Part shown: positions 39,940 through 48,426 of the stretch, in pieces
Position numbering within the stretch: the stretch's first letter is position 1
Layout of the letters: each line of letters opens with the position of its first letter
Source of the DNA: a bacterium DOLZORAL124_38_8
GTDB taxonomy: Bacteria; Patescibacteriota; Gracilibacteria; UBA4473
Reading direction: 5' to 3'
DNA: 64,000 bases
NCBI GenBank assembly: GCA_002747745.1
Contig: PDQG01000004.1
Coordinates: 37,646 to 101,645 of the forward strand
Program-made: the position numbers and the translations under genes
The notes under the pieces: model-generated
What the model was told of the DNA's origin: nothing
The model's input: only the letters and a program-made list of their open reading frames with translations
Database searches by the model: none

Positions 39940-40001
39940 GGAAAGGCGTTAATCGCCTAATATAATGGCGGGAAAATTGATAAGGCCGCTATCACCTTTC
40001 C
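39940..40001. other. 62-nt element able to form a three-helix junction
   Basis: Outer stem GGAAAGG (39940-39946) / CCTTTCC (39995-40001). It encloses GGCG-ttaat-CGCC and GGCGG..CCGC(t) hairpins. It lies between the rpsG terminator and the helicase start. Confidence 0.4.
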
Positions 40002-40005
40002 CTAA

Positions 40006-40032
40006 GAAAAAAGACCCGCCTCTTCGCGAGTC
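40006..40032 (-). terminator. Intrinsic terminator of rpsG
   Basis: Minus strand: GACTCGC gaagag GCGGGTC (7 bp including one G:U) followed by TTTTTT. The same hairpin has a C:A mismatch on the plus strand. Confidence 0.65.
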
Positions 40033-40056
40033 CTTTGTTAATCTTTCTATTTTTGC

Positions 40057-40584
40057 TTAGTACCGTGCCAAGTGAGCAAACGCTTTATTGGCTTGTGCGG
40101 CTCGTTGTGCTTCGGTCTTTTTCCCGAAAGCTGAACCTTGTTCTGTGGCAGCATCCATCAATTCTGATGCCAACCGTTTAAACATTGGTTGTCCTTTTTT
40201 GGCTCGAGCTCCAGCCAAAATCCATCGAATAGGCAATGACAATTGTCGTTTAGTCGTTACTTCGATTGGAATTTGGTACACTGACCCCCCAATTCGTTTT
40301 GGTCGTACTTCCATAGATGGAGTTACGTTTTTAATCGCTTTTTCAAAAGTTTTTAGCACATCGTCTGCTCCTCGTCGGTGCATTTCTTCGAAACAATCTT
40401 TCAAGATTCGTCGGGCTAATTCTTTTTTTCCTCCTTTCATAATTCCATTTACAAATTTTGATTGCAATGGATCATCCAAAGAGAATGGATTTACAAATTT
40501 CTTTGCTTTTGGAGCTTTTTTTTCTGCTCCTGCCGAATTTTTAGAGGCGACTTCTGCGGCCGCTACTTTTGTTTCTTTTGCCAT
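40057..40584 (-). CDS. rpsG: 30S ribosomal protein S7, with ~20-aa Lys/Ala-rich N-terminal extension
   Basis: ..SKFVNGIMKGGKKELARRIL.., ..VRPKRIGGSVYQIPIEV.., ..R.LA.RWI...AR.. and ..AFAH.R. Confidence 0.95.
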   Translation of the reverse strand: MAKETKVAAAEVASKNSAGAEKKAPKAKKFVNPFSLDDPLQSKFVNGIMKGGKKELARRILKDCFEEMHRRGADDVLKTFEKAIKNVTPSMEVRPKRIGGSVYQIPIEVTTKRQLSLPIRWILAGARAKKGQPMFKRLASELMDAATEQGSAFGKKTEAQRAAQANKAFAHLARY

Positions 40585-40645
40585 CGTAGGTCAAAGGTAA
40601 TTAAATACGCAGAGAAAATAAGAATTTATCAGTGTTTGTCAACTT

Positions 40646-42307
40646 TTACGCTACCAAGTTTAAATAACATGCTTCGCAGAGAATTCGTCTGTCATATTTG
40701 GTTGGCCAAGAAGTTTGAATAGACTTCTGACATTTTCCACAAGTACCGTCTCTAAGTTCTCCATCAAACGGCAACCAACGGAAGTTTTCTTGGATGCGAG
40801 CCATATAAAAACTATGTGGCAATGGTACTTTTAACTTTTTGGCAAAAGTAATATCGTGCTTGGTTATTTGGAACGGTCGTCGATACGATTCATCCCAAAA
40901 TATTTGCTGTAATAACCACTCGGTTCTTTCTTCCGTTAATTCGTCTACCGTGTCTGGTATTTCGGTAATTTCCGCCGTTTTTACAGGTTCTCGGTGTAAT
41001 GGTTCACAAGTTCTAAAGCCGAGTGTTTCTTGTTCGGAATTGGATAACGGCCAGTAAAACGAACTCCAACTTTCGTTGTATGGATTGGGCGCAAAATGAC
41101 CAGGAAAGAATTGTCCCCATTCGCCCGCTTGTTTCATATGAGCGATAATTTTATCTTTGAGCGCAAAATATTCATCTTCAGAATACGGTTTATTAAATAT
41201 ACAATATTTTTTCCCTACTAATCCACAACACCCAAAACAATTCTCACACTGAAAACAATAAGCACAATAATCTATAAATTGGCACTCGGTACACGCAAAA
41301 GAAAAGAAATTATCATAGGTCGAAAACTGACAAGTTGTTGAATAATAATTTCGTTCTCCAATGGTACAACCAATCGTATCTAAATAATGGCTGCTTTCAT
41401 AAGCTCTGATGGCATTTACTGAATCAGTAATTTGTTGGCTAAAATAAATATTTTCAGCCTTATTATTTTCAGATTGATAGTTTCCCGTACAATCTTCTGA
41501 CTTATCTATACTTTGGGCTCGATGAAAGGCTAAATTTGTCATCATATCGGCAAAAAATTTTTTGGCTTTAGTATATGATTTTTGGGAAGATAAATTCCAA
41601 GCCGCTATTTTGGTTTCGTATTCACTTTGGGTTAATTGTTTATTCCCGAAGCAATATTGTTTGTTTCGCAGGTTAAAACAAAACATACAATCGGTACAAT
41701 TCCGACAATCATACAAAAACGCTGAATTTTGCACCTTCCGACAATTTAATACGTACTTGGAATCAAAACAATCGTAGCAATTTATATCATCGTTACATAA
41801 CTCACTATTAATAGAAAAAATTGAGCCCTGAGAATCACGAACGAGTGAACGATAACAGTATTGAGCATCTTCTGATTTGTAAATAGAATGTGCTAAATAA
41901 CAATTTTTAGAGTACCAACAATCATCCGTATACTCACAGTTTTCATTTTTATTTCCGGTGCGATGAGGAATTGGACACTGTTTAAATAATGCCCACGCTT
42001 GGTCAAAAAATGGTTGGGTAAAATCAAAATCAGCTTGTGATGGATTATTTTCTTCTAACCAAACACTTCTCTGCCATACAGGATACTCACATTCAGGACG
42101 AAAAATAGAAATGATAGGTTTTCCTGTTCTATCACATTTTCTACTATGTAGATTCCAATGTGGCCAAAACGATCCTAACTGTCGGAACCGATATTTTGGC
42201 TTTATCATTGGCAATGAAGCACCAAAGCCAAATTTCGCTCTTAGTTCTTGTTCTAAATCTGATACTTCAAAGGTTTCTCCCGATAACGCACACTTTACTT
42301 TGTTCAT
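40646..42307 (-). CDS. Cysteine-rich protein of unknown function (about 553 aa) between rpsL and rpsG
   Basis: About 34 Cys by hand count. Dense CxxC/CxC runs occur (..NCYDCFDSKYVLNCRKV..YDCRNCTDCMFCFNLRNKQYCFGN.. and ..ACTECQFIDYCAYCFQCENCFGCCGLVGKKYCIFN..), and the C-terminal zinc ribbon is CGKC..(17)..CEAC. The internal ATG at 42307 was chosen as start. Confidence 0.6.
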   Translation of the reverse strand: MNKVKCALSGETFEVSDLEQELRAKFGFGASLPMIKPKYRFRQLGSFWPHWNLHSRKCDRTGKPIISIFRPECEYPVWQRSVWLEENNPSQADFDFTQPFFDQAWALFKQCPIPHRTGNKNENCEYTDDCWYSKNCYLAHSIYKSEDAQYCYRSLVRDSQGSIFSINSELCNDDINCYDCFDSKYVLNCRKVQNSAFLYDCRNCTDCMFCFNLRNKQYCFGNKQLTQSEYETKIAAWNLSSQKSYTKAKKFFADMMTNLAFHRAQSIDKSEDCTGNYQSENNKAENIYFSQQITDSVNAIRAYESSHYLDTIGCTIGERNYYSTTCQFSTYDNFFSFACTECQFIDYCAYCFQCENCFGCCGLVGKKYCIFNKPYSEDEYFALKDKIIAHMKQAGEWGQFFPGHFAPNPYNESWSSFYWPLSNSEQETLGFRTCEPLHREPVKTAEITEIPDTVDELTEERTEWLLQQIFWDESYRRPFQITKHDITFAKKLKVPLPHSFYMARIQENFRWLPFDGELRDGTCGKCQKSIQTSWPTKYDRRILCEACYLNLVA

Positions 42308-42397
42308 CAAAGAAATAATAACACAGAAAAAAATTTTTCTAAAAAAAATATCCACCAACTGGGCGGATACTTCTTTTATTATCACATGTATTAATTC

Positions 42398-42811
42398 CTA
42401 ATTTTTTGGTTTTTTCGCTCCGTATTTTGATCGTCCTTGTCGTCGAGCCGAAACTCCATCTGTATCCAATACTCCTCGTACAATGTGATATCGTACCCCA
42501 ACCAAATCTTTCACTCGTCCACCTCGCAACAACACCACGCTGTGTTCTTGCAAATTGTGTCCTTCTCCCATGATGTAAGCATTCACTTCCATTCCGTTCG
42601 TCAATCGAACTTTTGCAATTTTTCGCAAAGCCGAATTCGGTTTTTTTGGCGAAACGGTAGTAACTTTTGTACAAACCCCTCGTTTTTGTGGTGAGTTTAA
42701 TTTTCGTGCTCGATTCTTCAAGCTGTTGAACAATACGCCCATAGCTGGAGATTTAGATTTTCGAGTCTTGTCCTTTCGTGACTTTCGAATTAATTGATTA
42801 ATTGTTGGCAT
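42398..42811 (-). CDS. rpsL: 30S ribosomal protein S12
   Basis: [11 protein letters not shown]......KSPA......Q+[17 protein letters not shown]+[38 protein letters not shown]. Confidence 0.97.
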   Translation of the reverse strand: MPTINQLIRKSRKDKTRKSKSPAMGVLFNSLKNRARKLNSPQKRGVCTKVTTVSPKKPNSALRKIAKVRLTNGMEVNAYIMGEGHNLQEHSVVLLRGGRVKDLVGVRYHIVRGVLDTDGVSARRQGRSKYGAKKPKN

Positions 42812-42873
42812 GTTATTTTTTTGTGATAATAAGGTAATACTCTTTTTTTATTCGGCTGTTTTGTAATGATTTT

Positions 42874-45800
42874 TTATTCACTTGTCAAATTTTCTTCTAC
42901 TTCCTCCTCTAATTCTGGTTCTGGTAAATCTTCAAATACATATTCATAATCATTTGATTCTTCATATCCGGTTCCGGCTGGAATCAATCGACCGATAATT
43001 ACATTTTCTTTTAATCCTTCTAATGAGTCTGGTCGTTTTTCTGATGAAGCGTTTACGAGCACTCGGATTGTTTCTTGGAATGAAGCCGCTGACAACCAAG
43101 AATCCGTCCACAACGAAATTCGAGTCAATCCAAGGAGTAATTGTTCAAACAACACTGGTTTTTTCCCTTCGGCAATAAGTTTTTCGTTTGCTTTTCGAAC
43201 CCGAACAATATCTTTGGTTTCTCCTGACAACCAGTCTGAATCACCCGCATCTACAATTCGTACTTTTGACGTCATTTGACGTACAATCACTTCAATATGT
43301 CGTTCATTCACATCTTGCCCTTGAGAAGCATAAATTTGAAGCACGCCTTTCAAAATATATTCTTGCACTTTCGCTACAGACGTTAATTCCATTAATTCTC
43401 GCAAGTCAACGTGTCCAGCTACCAATGGCGTTCCTACTTCTACAAATTGACCATCTTTTACTTTCAATACTTTCCGGTTTGGCACGGTGTACGTTCGTTT
43501 GGCTGGTACTGATTCTTTCACCACAATTTTATCTGCTTCTACTCGCAACACTTTTCCTGAATTCAACGCTTTTATTTTTGCTTTTGACTCGGTTGAACGA
43601 GCAATAATTTGTTTTTCTTTAATGGCGTCCCCTTTCTTCACAGAAGCCTCCATGTTATATCCTAAATGATATTCATGTTCTTCGGCTTTGTCGGCTGACA
43701 ACGTAATAACACTTTCGGTTCGACCTTTTTTAATTGAGACCGTTCCTGAAATTTCAGCCATCACCGCTGGATTTTTAGGTGATCGAGCTTCGAAAAGTTC
43801 TTCCACTCGGGTCAAACCTTGCGACATTGAGTCTCCTTCGGTGGCTACCCCTCCCATGTGGAAAGACCGCATAGTAAGTTGTGTCCCTGGTTCCCCAATT
43901 GATTGCGCCGCAATAATTCCAACCGGCGTTCCCATTTTTACTAATTTTTTGTTCCCCAAATCCATTCCATACGTTTTTTGACATACACCAGATTCGGTAT
44001 TACTGAAGAACACAGAATGCACGGCCACTTCTTCAATATCTGCTTGCTTAATTTCATTCAAAACTTCTTCGTCAATCAACGTGTCTTTTTTTACAATAGT
44101 TTTTGAACCTTTTTTAATATCTTGTGCTGTAAACCGTCCGAAAATTCGTGAACCAAAATCAATTCCCATTTCGGTTGATTCAGCTTGAGTAATCACTCGG
44201 AATCCGGTTGGATTACTGTCAGCTTCTTTTACCACAATGTCTTGCACTGAATCTACCAAACGACGGGTTAAGTATCCGGCTTCGGCTGTTTTTAGGGCCG
44301 TATCAGATTTCCCTTTCCGTCCCGCATGCGTGGCATTAAAGTATTCCAAAATAGAGAATCCTCGTTTCAAGTTGGTTCGCACTGGCAATTCAATCGTTTT
44401 CCCAGCTGGATTTACCACCAACCCTTTCATTCCGGCAATTTGTGTTACTTGTCCCCAGTTCCCTCGGGCTCCAGAATTAATTTGGTAGAACACATCATTT
44501 TCATTCTCAAACTCAGCTACCATTTCGTTGGTAATATCGGTTTTTACGCGAGACCAAAGTTTAATAGTTGTTGTATATCGTTCTTCGTCAGTAATCAATC
44601 CTTGTCGGTATTGTTTGGTAATTTTATTTACAATTTCGTTGGCATCATCGATAATTTTATCTCGATTTGGAGCTTCATGGAAGTCAAACGCCGAAATAGT
44701 AATTCCTGATTTAGTTGCGTATTTAAACCCTAAATCTTTAATGTCATCGGCCAATTTAGCCGTAATATCTTCATCTTTTTCTGCAAATACTTCTGCCAAC
44801 AAGTTGGCCAATTCTTTCTTTCCAAATGATTTATTTTGGAACGGCATTCCTTCCGGAATAATTCGATTAAAGAAGATTCGTCCAACGGTCGTTTCAATCA
44901 CTTCTCCCTCAATTCGCACTTTTACTGGAGCTTGCAAGTGAACCAATTCTGATTCATATGCTTGCACCGCTTCATCCGCTGATACAAACCCTCGTCCCGT
45001 TCCTTGTTTTCCTTCAATCGATTGCGTCAAGAAGTAACATCCCAACACCATATCTTGCGAAGGTTCAATAATTGGTTCCCCTGAAGATGGTTTCAAAATA
45101 TTTCTTCGAGCCGTCATCAAATGTTTCGCTTCGGCTTGTGCTTTCAAGCTCAACGGCAGATGCACCGCCATTTGATCCCCATCAAAATCGGCATTATACG
45201 CCGCACACACTAATGGGTGCAAATGAATCGCTTTTCCGGCTACTAATTTTGGTCGGAAAGCTTGAATCCCTAACCGGTGCAAGGTTGGAGCCCGATTCAA
45301 AAGCACATATTTATCTTGAATCACTTCATCCAGAATATCCCACACAATTCGGTCTCCTTCTTTGACTAATTTTTCAGCTGATCGTACATTGTAGGCTAAT
45401 TCAAACTTAATCAATTGCGCAATCACAAATGGTTTGAACAATTCCATCATAACTTTTTTTGGCAACCCACATTCGTCCAATCGCAAATCTGGACCAACCA
45501 CAATCACTGAACGACCAGAGTAATCCACTCGTTTCCCCAACAAATTTTGTCGGAATCGCCCTTGTTTTCCTTTCAACATATCTGAAAGTGATTTCAGTTT
45601 TCGTTTTTGTGCGTAATTCATTCCCGCTCGGGTGCTTCGAGACGAATTAGAAATCAAGATATCTACTGATTCTTGCAACATTCGTTTTTCATTTCGACAG
45701 ATAATTTCTGGGGCTCCCAATTGAATCAATTTTTTCAATCGTCCATTTCGATTAATCACTCGTCGGTATAAATCATTCAAATCAGAAGTAGCAAATCGCC

Positions 45801-46773
45801 CTCCGTCTAATTGAACCATTGGACGCAAATCTGGTGAAATCACTGGAATGGCCGTCAAAATCATCCATTCTGGTTTCATATTGTTTCGAATAAACGAGTC
45901 AATAAGTTTCACTCGCTTAATAGATTTCTTTTGTTTTTGTCCACTTGTTTTTCGTACTTCTACTTCCAATTCTGCTTGCAATTTTTTCAAATCCAAACCT
46001 TGCACAATTTCTCGAATAGCATCCGCCCCAATTCCGGCTCGGAACACGTGTCCAAATTTCATTGAAACATCTCGATAATCTAATTCTGACAAGATTTTCC
46101 CCACTTCAATTTCTTTCAATTGATCTACTGAGTTTTGGAAGTTTTCTGAGATTTCTTCTAATTTTTGCACACATTCTGCTTCTAGGGCAGTTAAATCTTT
46201 TTCGGTCATAGCCCCGCTTTTAACGGCTCCTTTGGCAGCCGCCAAGCTTTGAGAATTTTCTGATTTAACTTTTTCTAGTAATTTTTTGTATTCTGATTCA
46301 AGCGCTTGCAACTCATCTTCTTTCGCTCGTTCGTCAATTTCAACCACAATGTATGCCGCAAAATACACCACTAATTCTAATTTTTTCACAGGCAAATCAA
46401 GCAATAATCCTAATTTTGAAGGCGTTGATCGTAAGAACCAAGGATGTGTTACTGGCACCGCCAATTTGATGTGTCCCATTCGTTCTCGTCGCACTTTTGA
46501 GTGAATCACTTCTACGCCACATTTTTCACAGACAATTCCTCGGTATCGGATTCGTTTATATTTTCCACACGCACATTCCCAATTTTTTACGGGACCAAAA
46601 ATTCGTTCACAAAACAATCCATCGGCTTCTGGCTTTTGCGTTCGGTAATTAATGGTTTCTGGCTTTGTTACTTCTCCATGAGACCAGCTAACTACATCTT
46701 CTGGCGAAGCGATAGAAAGTACGATTGAAGAGAAATCTTGCTGATTGTGAATTTTTTTCGCGTTTTCAGACAT
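42874..46773 (-). CDS. rpoC: DNA-directed RNA polymerase subunit beta'
   Basis: N-terminal zinc site CACGKY..C.KCGVE, the NADFDGDQM active site, and trigger-loop and C-terminal conserved blocks. The 1299-aa ORF is uninterrupted. Confidence 0.97.
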   Translation of the reverse strand: MSENAKKIHNQQDFSSIVLSIASPEDVVSWSHGEVTKPETINYRTQKPEADGLFCERIFGPVKNWECACGKYKRIRYRGIVCEKCGVEVIHSKVRRERMGHIKLAVPVTHPWFLRSTPSKLGLLLDLPVKKLELVVYFAAYIVVEIDERAKEDELQALESEYKKLLEKVKSENSQSLAAAKGAVKSGAMTEKDLTALEAECVQKLEEISENFQNSVDQLKEIEVGKILSELDYRDVSMKFGHVFRAGIGADAIREIVQGLDLKKLQAELEVEVRKTSGQKQKKSIKRVKLIDSFIRNNMKPEWMILTAIPVISPDLRPMVQLDGGRFATSDLNDLYRRVINRNGRLKKLIQLGAPEIICRNEKRMLQESVDILISNSSRSTRAGMNYAQKRKLKSLSDMLKGKQGRFRQNLLGKRVDYSGRSVIVVGPDLRLDECGLPKKVMMELFKPFVIAQLIKFELAYNVRSAEKLVKEGDRIVWDILDEVIQDKYVLLNRAPTLHRLGIQAFRPKLVAGKAIHLHPLVCAAYNADFDGDQMAVHLPLSLKAQAEAKHLMTARRNILKPSSGEPIIEPSQDMVLGCYFLTQSIEGKQGTGRGFVSADEAVQAYESELVHLQAPVKVRIEGEVIETTVGRIFFNRIIPEGMPFQNKSFGKKELANLLAEVFAEKDEDITAKLADDIKDLGFKYATKSGITISAFDFHEAPNRDKIIDDANEIVNKITKQYRQGLITDEERYTTTIKLWSRVKTDITNEMVAEFENENDVFYQINSGARGNWGQVTQIAGMKGLVVNPAGKTIELPVRTNLKRGFSILEYFNATHAGRKGKSDTALKTAEAGYLTRRLVDSVQDIVVKEADSNPTGFRVITQAESTEMGIDFGSRIFGRFTAQDIKKGSKTIVKKDTLIDEEVLNEIKQADIEEVAVHSVFFSNTESGVCQKTYGMDLGNKKLVKMGTPVGIIAAQSIGEPGTQLTMRSFHMGGVATEGDSMSQGLTRVEELFEARSPKNPAVMAEISGTVSIKKGRTESVITLSADKAEEHEYHLGYNMEASVKKGDAIKEKQIIARSTESKAKIKALNSGKVLRVEADKIVVKESVPAKRTYTVPNRKVLKVKDGQFVEVGTPLVAGHVDLRELMELTSVAKVQEYILKGVLQIYASQGQDVNERHIEVIVRQMTSKVRIVDAGDSDWLSGETKDIVRVRKANEKLIAEGKKPVLFEQLLLGLTRISLWTDSWLSAASFQETIRVLVNASSEKRPDSLEGLKENVIIGRLIPAGTGYEESNDYEYVFEDLPEPELEEEVEENLTSE

Positions 46774-46968
46774 GATGTATATAAAATTTTAAACAAAAAA
46801 TCGGCGGGAAAACCTCCCTCCTCCAAACAACTATTTCACTAGTCGCACAGCGGATTTCTGCAATTTTTTCGCCGAAACATTCCGCCCGATGTTATTCAAA
46901 AAAGGCCAGCAGTCAAATTTTTCAACTAGTTTTCAAGCAGAGAAAAAACCCTATAATGCTTACAAAAC

Positions 46969-48426
46969 ATGAAAAATATACGATTATTATCTTTACTTGG
47001 ATTTTTGGGGGGCACTTTTTTGCAACCATGGATTCAAGCTGATATTTCATTATTGGTTGGAATTCTGAGTCTCACAATCTTTGGTTTCATTTGGTTTCGA
47101 AAAATTCATCCATTGAAAAACGCCTGCGGAGTACTCGCCTTATTCGTGGGAGGATTGATTTATCCAACTTTTTTTCAAACCCCTCGTTTTCCACCAACAC
47201 AATTAAAAAAAGAACTTTCGTACGAAGGCATCATCATTAGTGCCCCCGAAACAAAAAGTCGCCACCAACAAGTTATCACTAATTTAACGCACCCCACACA
47301 ACAAACCGTACTCATTCAATTCCCACTAGAGACGCCGCTATTTTATGGACAAAAAATACAGTTTACGGGCGTTGCCAGCATTCCACCAAAATTTAATCGG
47401 TTCGATTACGCCAGATATCTCCAAAGGCTTAATATTAGTGCTATTGTTCGTGCCAAAAGCCATCCAAAGTTGCTCGCCACCAACCAAGCCTCCAGCTTCG
47501 TATTCTCCGCCCAAAAACTCCGCCATATTATTCAGTCGAACCTTGAAAAAATTTTCCCCAGTGACCAAGCCACTGTTGCGACCGGAATGCTCTTAGGAGT
47601 AAAAAAAAGCCTTTCAAAAACAGCCGACCAACAATTTAGAAACGCCGGACTCACCCACTTACTAGTTGTTTCAGGAGCTAATGTCAGCTTGATTATCGTG
47701 CTTGTTTCACTCGCCCTACAACCACTTGGAAGACCTATTACGTTTTTCGGTTCTATGGCAACCATTCTTTTTTTCATTGGCATGACAGGTGCCGATCCAC
47801 CCATTATTCGAGCGAGTTTAATGGGCGGATTAATTGCCTTAGCGCCTCTGGTAGGAAGAATTCCTGATTATAAAATAACACTTGTTTTTTCAGCCGTACT
47901 AATTGCCCTCGTTAATCCCAAAATTGTCCAACAAGACATTGGCTTCTTCTTAAGTTTTGTGGCTACCGCGGGCATCATTTTAGGCAGCCCCATTTTTATG
48001 TTCTATTGGGAAAAACTCTTCCAACAGCGATTTTCTATACTTAAGAACATTTTAGCCGTCACCGTTTGTGCACAAATTTTTGTACTCCCTATCAGCGCCT
48101 ACTTTTTTCAAAATTTCCCCTTGGGCGGATTTATAGCAAACATCGTAGCCGAACCAATCGTCCCCTTAATAACCATTGGAAGCCTTGGTATAAGTGTCCT
48201 CGGATTCCTCCCCACTATCATCGGTAAAATCATCGCCTTCCCCATTTACTTCTTTTTGAAAATCTTATTTCTTATCGCCGAGATTTTTTCACAAATACCG
48301 TCAATCAGCATCAATCAAACAATGTCTCAGATACTGATTATTCTCGAAGTCGTAATTATTTTACACCTCCTACTTTCAGAAAAAATTGAACGAACGTTTT
48401 ATCTCAATGAATTTAAGTTGTGTTAA
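46969..48426 (+). CDS. comEC: ComEC/Rec2-family DNA internalisation channel (membrane core only)
   Basis: Multi-TM protein with ..FRNAGLTHLLVVSGANVSLI.. (competence-domain signature). There is no C-terminal metallo-beta-lactamase domain. TATAAT (46952-46957) lies 11 nt upstream of the ATG. Confidence 0.8.
   Translation: MKNIRLLSLLGFLGGTFLQPWIQADISLLVGILSLTIFGFIWFRKIHPLKNACGVLALFVGGLIYPTFFQTPRFPPTQLKKELSYEGIIISAPETKSRHQQVITNLTHPTQQTVLIQFPLETPLFYGQKIQFTGVASIPPKFNRFDYARYLQRLNISAIVRAKSHPKLLATNQASSFVFSAQKLRHIIQSNLEKIFPSDQATVATGMLLGVKKSLSKTADQQFRNAGLTHLLVVSGANVSLIIVLVSLALQPLGRPITFFGSMATILFFIGMTGADPPIIRASLMGGLIALAPLVGRIPDYKITLVFSAVLIALVNPKIVQQDIGFFLSFVATAGIILGSPIFMFYWEKLFQQRFSILKNILAVTVCAQIFVLPISAYFFQNFPLGGFIANIVAEPIVPLITIGSLGISVLGFLPTIIGKIIAFPIYFFLKILFLIAEIFSQIPSISINQTMSQILIILEVVIILHLLLSEKIERTFYLNEFKLC

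Noticed and set aside
39940-40001. A purine or preQ1-type riboswitch, suggested by the three-way junction with a UAUAAU segment.
   Set aside because: The conserved junction and loop nucleotides of those classes are not present. The downstream gene, a helicase, is not a typical target.
40088-40600. A 170-aa plus-strand ORF, and similar antisense or alternative-frame ORFs (78-458, 6536-6952, 38112-38327, 43188-43607, 53043-53450 and others).
   Set aside because: Each is fully embedded opposite or out of frame within a strongly supported conserved gene (rpsG, rny, radA, the helicase, rpoC, dnaG). Their composition is low-complexity or biased, as is typical of shadow ORFs.
46800-46890. A terminator or attenuator hairpin in the rpoC leader: ATCGGCGGGAA .. 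TTCCGCCCGAT followed, on the minus strand, by a T-run.
   Set aside because: The arms pair at only 9 of 11 positions, with two central mismatches, across a 69-nt loop. The best candidate promoter (-35 at 46911-46916, -10 at 46889-46894 on the minus strand) would start transcription inside the 5' arm. The evidence is too weak to call.
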